From: an uncultured virus (IMG/VR IMGVR_UViG_3300024314_000003)
Taxonomy: Duplodnaviria; Heunggongvirae; Uroviricota; Caudoviricetes
Length of the DNA stretch: 20,000 bases
Virus record (IMG/VR): IMGVR_UViG_3300024314_000003
Direction: 5' to 3' (one strand)
Each line of letters begins with the position of its first letter. Position 1 is the first letter of the stretch. Shown here in pieces: positions 8,244-17,600 of the stretch. Position numbers and translations under genes: made by a program. The notes under the pieces are model-generated. The model ran no database searches. It saw only the letters and a list, made by a program, of their open reading frames with translations, and was not told the origin of the DNA.

Positions 8244-8804
8244 ATGGCAAGTATTACAACAATTTTAGGAACGCATTCTCTTTCTTCTTCGAGACTTACT
8301 ATCAATAATAATTTTGATAACGTAAATGAAGAATTAGGATTAATCGCAAATGTTCTAGACACGACAAGTTCTACGTTATCTTTAACTGGAGCTATTACGG
8401 CAGGCACACTGTCCTTAAACACAGGTACTTTAAATACTTTTAACGTAACTGCATCTTCATTAGAGGCAGGCGTTGAAGCTACGTTTAAAGAAAATGTAAT
8501 TTTAGAAAAAGCACTCCAGTTTACAGTGGCTCCTACTGCTACTTTTCCAGCAGGAACAGTTACTCCTACACTAGGAGCTTATATTTACACTGGTTCAGCT
8601 GATGTAGAATTAGGACCTTCAGCAGATGGACAAATTTTAACTATTATTGCATCGACTGCATTTCAAATGCAAGGTACAGGTTTAGACAATATAAATGGCG
8701 CTGATACCTCAATAGATGTTTTACAGAACGGTAGTATCAGTTTTATAGGAAGTACGGACGGCACTTGGTGGATTACAGGTTCACATAAAGCCACAATTTC
8801 ATAA
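8244..8804 (+). CDS. Virion structural protein (baseplate/fibre-associated), Thr/Ser/Gly-rich
   Basis: N-terminus ...SRLTINNNFDNVNEEL resembles the gp9/gp10-type KINENFDEL trimer motif. The rest is small-residue, beta-rich sequence ending in FIGSTDGTWWITG. Confidence 0.55.
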   Translation: MASITTILGTHSLSSSRLTINNNFDNVNEELGLIANVLDTTSSTLSLTGAITAGTLSLNTGTLNTFNVTASSLEAGVEATFKENVILEKALQFTVAPTATFPAGTVTPTLGAYIYTGSADVELGPSADGQILTIIASTAFQMQGTGLDNINGADTSIDVLQNGSISFIGSTDGTWWITGSHKATIS

Positions 8805-8828
8805 TATAAAAATAAAACAGTTAATTAG

Positions 8829-10814
8829 ATGGCTACACCATTAATAAGGATTCCACAAGAACAAGGAGGTACGATGTATGCATTTGCTAATGCAGCAAGG
8901 GATTTGACACGCGCTTATTATAATCCGGATATTAACTTTGAATTTTCTAAATTTGCATTACTAGACTTGCCAGTATATGCTGATTTTATTCAAAGTGATC
9001 CGACTGATCTATCAGAGGGTCCTAATTATATCAAGTATGATAGACTATTTGAAGGAGGTGGCGGTTCTAATGCTAGTTCTTATAATGATTCGTTACATGA
9101 TGGTAATGGTAACGTACATTTTGCACAAACTTTTCAAAGTTATGCTCTTAATTTAGAGAACATGCTTCTTAACCCAGAGGTTAATGATGATTTTGATGAT
9201 GTTTTATTTCAAAGTGATGCTGAAAAAATATTCTTTAAATACTTATATCACATCAATGCGATAAGAGTAAGAACTGCAACTTCACAAGAAGTTTCAACAG
9301 GATATTCTAGAATGATAGAGCTAGATGATTCTACTCAAGCCGGTTCTGAATATAGTCAAGTTATAAAATACATTGGAAATATTGATGTAACTAACGATAA
9401 AAATTATAAAGGGCAACAGTACAACGAAATATTTGTTAACGTTCCTTCTTCTGTAGGATATACTCCTGAAGTTTTATTAGAAACATCTAAGTTTAATACT
9501 AATAATATTAAGTTTGTACCTGGTGCTGAAATTGAAGGAAGAACAAATGATGATACTCACCCAGATCCTTTTTTAAATGTAGAATCTTATGCTGATCAAG
9601 CTGACGGAACTTATAATACTGACGAAAATGAAGTTCCAACATTTGGAATTGATTTTAATTCAAGCGCCTACTCTAAAATAATAAATGATCCTAAATTAGA
9701 TTCAATATTAGATTATTCTAAAAGAGGTGGAGATTTTAGATTCAATGCTATCCTAGTGTATTATGACATATATTCAAAGTCTAACATTGGAAATAAAGCA
9801 ACAAACCTATACGGTATAATATTATTAGATAACTGGAAAGAAGATACTTCAAATGATGGATGGTATATTCCAGAATTAACTAAGTATAAGCCGAATGAAG
9901 TTACCGGTCTTAATGGTAATGCATTTGCACTTAAATTAAATCTTAAATTTAATTCAGCGCTAGATAATGTTGGGATAGAAAAGAATGTTAATGATTATTC
10001 TACTTTCTCAATGGACATTTTCTTAGACACAACAAGTGCCTTAGAAAACGCGGTTCAATTATTAAGAGATGCTAATACTAGATACAATGATATTTCTAAG
10101 AAAGTTGAAATGTTAGAAAGTTTCTTTTTAAGTTCTGAAAACTTACAAGGAATATCTAAGAGACTAGACCATATAGAACAGGATGTTGAAAATGCTACTA
10201 TTAATTTTCAAGATGAAAGAAGTCTTTTAGATCTAATAACAAATACCAACTCTAGATTAAATCAGGTTATTTCTGGTGTAATTCCAACAGAGATACAATA
10301 TAATACAGATGTTTTAGAGTCAGGTAACCCAGGAGTGTCTATTGATAAATCAAACAATGGTAAAGTTAAAATCAGTTGTGTTAATTATGGCTATTCTTTA
10401 GGACAAGCTTATGTATATGATACTGTAACTTCTACTAATGAAAGAGAATTATCTGCTGATTCTATGTTTTTACCAGATGAAGCTGGAACAAAGGCGGTAT
10501 GGCAAAGACTTAAAGAATTTGACAACTTAGTTATGGTCTATACAGATCAGGCACAGGACTTTGATTCTAATCTAAATATATACTTAGATGATACAATAAC
10601 AAGTTGGAAAAAAGGCCAAGTAGTTAGAGTAACTTTTAAAAATAAAATAAAAAACTTATCAACACATTACATAACACTGTGGACTGATAAGAGTAATGGA
10701 TGGTCGCAAAAACTTTCTATTTCTTTATCGGACTTATTATCTAATAAACCATATATCGAAATAGTATGTGTAGATCCAGTAAATAAAACGTTTGAATACG
10801 ATATCTTAAGATAA
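8829..10814 (+). CDS. Hypothetical virion structural protein with internal coiled coil
   Basis: 661-aa ORF in the operon, acidic and Asn-rich, with a heptad-like segment ALENAVQLLRDANTRYNDISKKVEMLES...ISKRLDHIEQDVEN. No family recognised; structural role inferred from context. Confidence 0.6.
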   Translation: MATPLIRIPQEQGGTMYAFANAARDLTRAYYNPDINFEFSKFALLDLPVYADFIQSDPTDLSEGPNYIKYDRLFEGGGGSNASSYNDSLHDGNGNVHFAQTFQSYALNLENMLLNPEVNDDFDDVLFQSDAEKIFFKYLYHINAIRVRTATSQEVSTGYSRMIELDDSTQAGSEYSQVIKYIGNIDVTNDKNYKGQQYNEIFVNVPSSVGYTPEVLLETSKFNTNNIKFVPGAEIEGRTNDDTHPDPFLNVESYADQADGTYNTDENEVPTFGIDFNSSAYSKIINDPKLDSILDYSKRGGDFRFNAILVYYDIYSKSNIGNKATNLYGIILLDNWKEDTSNDGWYIPELTKYKPNEVTGLNGNAFALKLNLKFNSALDNVGIEKNVNDYSTFSMDIFLDTTSALENAVQLLRDANTRYNDISKKVEMLESFFLSSENLQGISKRLDHIEQDVENATINFQDERSLLDLITNTNSRLNQVISGVIPTEIQYNTDVLESGNPGVSIDKSNNGKVKISCVNYGYSLGQAYVYDTVTSTNERELSADSMFLPDEAGTKAVWQRLKEFDNLVMVYTDQAQDFDSNLNIYLDDTITSWKKGQVVRVTFKNKIKNLSTHYITLWTDKSNGWSQKLSISLSDLLSNKPYIEIVCVDPVNKTFEYDILR

Positions 10815-10815
10815 T

Positions 10816-13800
10816 ATGAGCGCTAGCAATTCTATATCACATTTACTCGAACAGTTTCTAGAATTAAACACTAATTCACTAGAAACTTTCGAACGTATCA
10901 ATGAGGCTATTTCAACCGATAAAGAAACGGTTACAATAGATTTATTCGATAATCGCACAGGAGAAATGACTGCAATTCAAATTCCAGCATTTGGATTTTT
11001 GAAAAGAGAAATTGAAAGAATTGATAAGAACATAACTGCGATTAGTGGTTTAGATACTTCCAGTGCAAATGTAAAACTTAAAGATGGTTCTTATAGAAGA
11101 ATACATACTTCTAAATTAAAAGGTCCTTCTTTACCTATAAAGTCGTTAGCAACTCCAAAAGAATTTAATACACAACTAAACGATTTCTTTGAAGATTTCT
11201 TAAATCCTTTATTAACTATTAGTTTAGATGTTAAAGGACAAATTCCAGTAGATACTGAAAGAGTTTATACTGAAAGAGTTATATTTGATCATGAAGACTT
11301 GTCTTCCACTGAATCCTTTGATGAAATTTTTAAAGGTCAGAATGATGTCAATTATTCTAAATTTATTTCTAAAATAAAAGAAGATGGTTTAAAATATAGA
11401 ATAGATGCAGAGACGGTAGATATGCCAGTAAGATCTATTCAGTATAATGGCCAGTTAGACGTATTAAAAGTAGAAAATGTTCAGAAAACATCTCTAATAG
11501 ACGGGACTAGTCAAACTAAAACCGTAAAAGTATATACTCTAAATAAATTAACATATTCGGACTCTAATAAAGACATGAAAGATACTGAAACTCTAAAAAT
11601 TGGAGATTCATTGGTAGTAAACACGTCTGAATATAACACAAGATATAGAGTAACCTCTATTGATTCTTCAACAACACAAGTTGAATTGTCACTTTTAGAA
11701 GGTTATTCACCGATTAAAATAGGAGCGAATGCTCTCGCTATTTATAAAGATATTGATGCTTCTGTTTCTATAGAAGTTAAAGTTGGATTTAATGAAAGAC
11801 AAGTAGTTTTTGTTAAACCAATAGATCCTATCTCTAAACTACCAGCTACTGATTTCTCACCAGGTGTTGCATTCTTTTCGAATGAACTTACTATTCAAAA
11901 TGAAGATGGTATAGTTACTACACTTGCTAAATACTATAAAGAAGAAGTTGCTGATTTTGGTCAATTTATTAAAGCACTTAAGGTTGATTACATTCCACCT
12001 GCATCAGAAGGTCTTATCCCAGATGCACCAATCGTAGAAGTAGATAACTTTAAAGTAACACAAATTAATAAACACCTTACTCAAAACGCTAGCGTTGAAC
12101 AAGTAAAAAAGATCAAATCTGATAAAGTTAAAGCTAAAGAAGTTATTAAAAAGCTTGACACTACAATTAGAAAGAAAAGAAAATTAATTGCTACTAAAAA
12201 GTTCTCATCTAAAATAGAAAGAAATAGAGAGAAAAATGAATTAGCTTCTATCATTAGAGAAAAGGCTGCTGAAACTAAAGTATTCTCTTCAAGCGTTGGA
12301 CAGATTAAAGCGATTGCTGAATCAAATGAATTACCTAAAGTTAATCCTAAATATAGGGTAAGAGGCTTTTGGTCTATTCCGGAGCCAAAGAAAGTTGGTG
12401 ATGAAATTTCACAAGAAGTAGTTCAGTTTATTGCTAGATATAGATACGTTTCCTCAACGGGTAAAACATCTGTAATAGAGCAAATCAAATTTAATAAAAA
12501 AACTGCTGCATTTTCAAACTGGGTCGAAGTTAAAGGTCCTATTAGAAAAAGAGAAAAGCAAGCAGATGGTGGATATAGATGGATTCTAGAATCTGAAGAA
12601 GATTCACAGGCTATTAATTTTAACTCAATAGATTTATCTATTCAGCCTGGTGAAAAAATAGAAATGATGATTAAATCTGTTTCTGAAGCAGGTTTCCCAC
12701 AAACCCCAGTAGAGTCAGAATGGTCAGATATTATTACTATTCCTTTTCCTGAAGGAGAAATATCTACAGACGGAGCAAATAGCCTAGTAAACCAAAATGA
12801 TTTAGATAATGTTAAGGTTGAAATAAATGATGATTTAGAATCACAAGGATTATTTACACACCTTGATAGTGGATTTACGGCAGGAGATACTTATTATGCC
12901 CATGCCGCAGAATCACTAGCATCTGGTTTTTTAACAGGAGAACAGAATCCTATTAGCGTATATGATAAATTATTGGAATTACAGAATCAATTAGAAAGAC
13001 TACAAGCTAAGGTTGAAGGTGCCGTTGGAGAATTACAAATTAAAATTATTGACGAAGAAGGTGAAGTAACGCTAGTTAAAAATAATTCAACTGCTAAAAT
13101 ATTCGCAGGATATTATGTAGATGAAAAACCAGATGATGAAACTAAAGGATATATTGTTACTAAAAATTATAGAGTAGAACTTCATAATACTAAGGCATCT
13201 GATCTAGAATTATGTGCAAGAATTAATGGAAATCTTAAACAACCTGCTTATGTTTCTTCATCACAACAAGAATATGGCCTAGGTATTATTAATTTAGAAA
13301 CTGGTAATAAACAACCAACTGGAACTACAACACCTGATGTTAAAATAGCAAATGATACATATTATATGACAGAGGCTCAGTATGATTTAGTCCCTGTTGT
13401 TTATCAAAATCTTACAGGTGATGGAAATTCATACAATCATTTTTCTGTTGCGCCAGACCAATCATCTCAATTAAATGGACAGTTTATTTATTCTAGATTT
13501 AGAAATATAGCTAATAACGCTGATCTTTATTCGATTATAGATCCTGATACTGACTTGTCTAGGGATTCAAACTTAACAGGAGTAAGTAGCGCAGAATATG
13601 GATTAACATTTGCAACAGTCACGAATTCTGGAATTGGATCAATTTCTGATAGAACTCATTTAAGAGATTTTACAGACTTTAAAATACAACCACATCAAGA
13701 TTTACCTAGTAATTTAAACGGAGCTGGTGATTTTATATGGAATGGAACATGGAATAATAATGGACAGGGTGTGCAGAATGAAGATGAAAACGGATTCCAA

Positions 13801-14631
13801 TCTGATCCGAACGTTCCTGAAGCTATTCTTCCGAACTCAGCTGATACAGTTTCTGTTTCTCAAATAACGGCTGCTAAGTATGATTCAGGTCTTTTTCTTC
13901 ATAAATCACACCCGCTACTTCAGTCTGACATAGGTTTAAATACAAAGGATATAGTTTCAACGGGAATTGTATCGATGCCGAAATATGCTATTAAAAGATC
14001 TAACGATAAGAATGGAAAAATTCAAACAGCATATCAACCGCTGACAATTACATTTAGAAGTGACGGTGAATCTGGACCAATAGATGAACAAGGTAATGTA
14101 ATTGGTAAAAAGTCTTTAAAAAACTCATTTACGGAAGATGATCAATTTTTATTAGGTGGTCTTTCATGTGGTTCTTTCTTATACCTTTCACCTATAAACC
14201 AAACTAGTCTATCGGTAGATGGACCTAACAAGTATGGTAAAAAATTAATTGAAGGTGGAAGTCAAAATGCAGTGTCAGTTGATATGGTATTCCAATATAG
14301 AATGACAGATTATTTTGGAGAGAGTGAAACCGGTAAAGGTAGAGTTGCTGGAATATATGGAAATGCATTTACCAATTTAACATATTCAAAGAAAATAGGG
14401 CTAGACATCATAGATTCTTATAAAACTGAATTTAGCTTCGATGTAGAAGTTTACGCTAAATATAGAGCAGTTGGAACAAATAAAAATAGTATCAACAAAG
14501 TGATGCTGAGTAATTATAGAAACTCCCTTGGTTCCGGAAACTGGTGGTGGAATAGAAGAAGATTCTTCAGTGGATATAATGATTTTAGTTCATCTAGATT
14601 ATACGATTTCGATGCTCGTCCATATAGGTAA
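10816..14631 (+). CDS. Large hypothetical structural protein with coiled coils and an FN3-like domain
   Basis: 1271-aa ORF starting 1 nt after the previous stop. Contains a Lys/Arg-rich helix, an FN3-like ending (IEMMIKSVSEAGFPQTPVESEWSDIITI) and a coiled coil (DKLLELQNQLERLQAKVEG). Confidence 0.6.
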   Translation: MSASNSISHLLEQFLELNTNSLETFERINEAISTDKETVTIDLFDNRTGEMTAIQIPAFGFLKREIERIDKNITAISGLDTSSANVKLKDGSYRRIHTSKLKGPSLPIKSLATPKEFNTQLNDFFEDFLNPLLTISLDVKGQIPVDTERVYTERVIFDHEDLSSTESFDEIFKGQNDVNYSKFISKIKEDGLKYRIDAETVDMPVRSIQYNGQLDVLKVENVQKTSLIDGTSQTKTVKVYTLNKLTYSDSNKDMKDTETLKIGDSLVVNTSEYNTRYRVTSIDSSTTQVELSLLEGYSPIKIGANALAIYKDIDASVSIEVKVGFNERQVVFVKPIDPISKLPATDFSPGVAFFSNELTIQNEDGIVTTLAKYYKEEVADFGQFIKALKVDYIPPASEGLIPDAPIVEVDNFKVTQINKHLTQNASVEQVKKIKSDKVKAKEVIKKLDTTIRKKRKLIATKKFSSKIERNREKNELASIIREKAAETKVFSSSVGQIKAIAESNELPKVNPKYRVRGFWSIPEPKKVGDEISQEVVQFIARYRYVSSTGKTSVIEQIKFNKKTAAFSNWVEVKGPIRKREKQADGGYRWILESEEDSQAINFNSIDLSIQPGEKIEMMIKSVSEAGFPQTPVESEWSDIITIPFPEGEISTDGANSLVNQNDLDNVKVEINDDLESQGLFTHLDSGFTAGDTYYAHAAESLASGFLTGEQNPISVYDKLLELQNQLERLQAKVEGAVGELQIKIIDEEGEVTLVKNNSTAKIFAGYYVDEKPDDETKGYIVTKNYRVELHNTKASDLELCARINGNLKQPAYVSSSQQEYGLGIINLETGNKQPTGTTTPDVKIANDTYYMTEAQYDLVPVVYQNLTGDGNSYNHFSVAPDQSSQLNGQFIYSRFRNIANNADLYSIIDPDTDLSRDSNLTGVSSAEYGLTFATVTNSGIGSISDRTHLRDFTDFKIQPHQDLPSNLNGAGDFIWNGTWNNNGQGVQNEDENGFQSDPNVPEAILPNSADTVSVSQITAAKYDSGLFLHKSHPLLQSDIGLNTKDIVSTGIVSMPKYAIKRSNDKNGKIQTAYQPLTITFRSDGESGPIDEQGNVIGKKSLKNSFTEDDQFLLGGLSCGSFLYLSPINQTSLSVDGPNKYGKKLIEGGSQNAVSVDMVFQYRMTDYFGESETGKGRVAGIYGNAFTNLTYSKKIGLDIIDSYKTEFSFDVEVYAKYRAVGTNKNSINKVMLSNYRNSLGSGNWWWNRRRFFSGYNDFSSSRLYDFDARPYR

Positions 14632-14651
14632 TATCTCGCTGTAACTAAGCA

Positions 14652-14660
14652 AGATATATA
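14652..14660 (+). promoter_or_regulatory. Candidate late-promoter motif AGATATATA
   Basis: Exact copy of 791-799. In both copies exactly 28 nt separate the end of the motif from the ATG (799 to 828; 14660 to 14689). Confidence 0.5.
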
Positions 14661-14688
14661 CTCTAACAAAAATAGAGTCTATTTATAA

Positions 14689-17600
14689 ATGGCGATAACG
14701 ATTAACACACAAGCAGAAGGTATTTCGTATAAGGATAAGTCCTTTGCCCTATTAAGAACTAACCCCAAGTTAACTTCTAATGTCAAATTAATTACTGACG
14801 AAGAGGGAGATATCTATTTAAGCTCAATCAAGGCAAATAGAACTCTATCGCAGTATGAATATCAGAAATATCCTATTTCTAGTTCAGGTGAATATTGTAG
14901 GGACGTTGCTCAGTTTTACGGAAGATTAAGTAAAGATGAAAGATATCAGGTCGGTAGGGAATTTACAGATCTAAGTGTTTCTAAAGACTATTCTACACAA
15001 TATGAAAACCTATATAATTACGGAGCTTCATTCAATTATACAAAGGCCTATGACGAGCAATATAGAATATTTGCTCCAATATGGTTAGAAGAAAGTGTTC
15101 CTGAAAAATTTATAATTTATAGAATTAAAGATGTAGATTTTAAAGAAAAATCTTTAGAAGATGATCCTAGTCAAAATTCTAGAATTCAAGAAATGTTATC
15201 TAATGCGACTTTAATAAAATCGTATGATATGACTAATAACTCTAAGCTAGGGAGATATCTAAATAGTCACGTATCTAATCCCTTAATTCCTAAGTCGCAT
15301 ATTGATTTTAATTTTGAACTGGATGATCCTACTTCCTTTAACGGAATAGACGTAATGTTAGGTGGCTTTGTTGAAAAGTCAGATTATATAGATGATGATT
15401 ACGTTAAAGAAGACCTTCCCGAAATTTTAGCTAATAATACATTAACAACTAGCTTTGAAAGAAACGGAATTGTTTCTCACAATATAATTAATTTAGAATT
15501 TTTATTTGACGATAATGAAGCCGACGACTATAATGTTTATAGATATTTTGGAATTTTCGTAGATGAACATCAAGAAGGAACTGTAGTTGTCAATTCTGTA
15601 AATTCAATAGGACACTTAAATTTAGATATAAGCAATTCATCGTCTGACGAATTAGATAAATTACCATCTATAAAGGATTACACCCAGCCGATTCTTGGAT
15701 GGGTAAAAGATATTAATAATAAATATCATAACGTTTTAAATAGATTTAGAAAGACTAGAATAGAAAAAAACCAAATACTAACATCATATAATGGAGACTC
15801 TTCTATTTTTGTAAATAAAAAACAAACAGAGTTTAACACCCCCGTAATAAACAAAACACCATTTAATGGTTTTATAGAATTAAATATAATAGACCAGCCT
15901 TCTGATAATGATAAAGTATTTTTAGGAGACTTGCTCGAGATAAGTATTGAAAACTTTAATTTGGGTGATTTTGTTTTAATCGCAGACACTTCTCTTCCAA
16001 TTGGAACATTTCAAGAAAATAGATATTCTGCAATAGGTAATACTTCTCAAATAGCAGCAGCACTTGCAGCGGCGATTAGAAATGCAGAAGTTATACCGTA
16101 TAATGCTAGCTCTATAAAGAACAGGGTGATCATAGATGACTACTCACAGGGAAGGAATAAGAATACAACTGTATTTGGTATTAGTTCATCTAATCCGAAC
16201 CCCTTTATCGATATGCAAAGTTCAACCGACGCAAATCTTGCATTTTCAAATAAGTATAACGACTTTATAAGTGAAGGTGGAACTGTTACGGGTGGATTGC
16301 AATTAGGAGACTATGAAATTTACACTATGATTGGTGGATGTTCTGTTAATCAGGGTGTATTAATATCCCCTAACGAAATAGGAAACCTACAGGTAGGGTA
16401 TTTTATTAAAGAACTTAATAAGGATAACTATGTTAGGATTATAGAAATAATAAAAGATCCTTATTCAGAAAACTTTAGAGTTATTTTTCAAAAACCGGTG
16501 GTTTTTTCAATGGACAATGTGATTACAAGTTATGAAACCTATGATACTCCCTTTGGAAAGTTTTCAGCGTATGATTTCAAGGATTTTAATTTTGATTTCT
16601 ACGATACTTCAAATTCTAAAATAGACTTTTTAGTTTTAGAGAGCATGCAATATAAGAATGATGAAGCTTCGTTTGGAGTAGCAAATGTTTCTTCCATTTA
16701 CGTCCTCGAAGCCAATGACCAACCTTTTCCTGGAGCAGATCCTTATATATTAATACATGATATAGACGTTAGTGAATTTATTAAAAAAGGAGACTTTGTA
16801 AAGGTCGATACGGTAGGTAATCCTGGTGAACAGGAATGGACAGAGGTAAAAGATGTAATCTATACATCAATGGGTACGATGTTCTTTACTAAAATAATCA
16901 CGAAGGATTTAGCATCTGCTAATTATTTTTTCAACCAGTCTAACGTTGCTGATATCTATGAAGATTTTATATTTAAACCGGGTCCTGGTAATAGTCAATT
17001 ATTTAAGTTTAAATCTTTATCTAGTATTATTAGAGATGATATAGTTGAAAGTGATTTTATAGATACAGAAATCATTAATGAATATGATAGGTTAAAGGAG
17101 AACTCATTAAAGGAGACGAGTGTTAATTCAAGAGTCGTACCCACTATATGTAAATTTAATTTAAAAGATTCTACTAACTCTAGAAATTTATCATACATCC
17201 TAAACACCAATGAAGCATTCGGTGTAAATAATTTATCAGCTGATATTACTAAACTTTCAGAAAGATCAGCTGAAAAACTAAATATGGAACACTTCTATAT
17301 ACATAATATTCCTACATATTTATTAGAACCTAGCAGTATTCCATTACTTATGGATTATGTCTATGAAGGGTACGAAAAGCCTTATTCAGAATTAGTCGCA
17401 AATTTAAAAAGCACTGACTTTGATTATTTTTCAACTATATTAAACTATACAGGTGCTCATCAAAATGATAGCTCAGGTCTAGCGACAATTGAACCCGGTG
17501 AATGGGTTAATTCAACCCCACTTAAAATGTACACTAAAATGCAAGGTGGAGATTCTGTTAATTTTTCATCTACAGTTTTTAAAGGATTAAGATATATTTA

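Noticed and set aside
14684..14691. TATAAAT resembling the T4 late promoter TATAAATA
   Set aside because: It reads TATAAATG and overlaps the start codon itself, so it cannot serve this gene. The RATATATA motif fits the intergenic pattern better.
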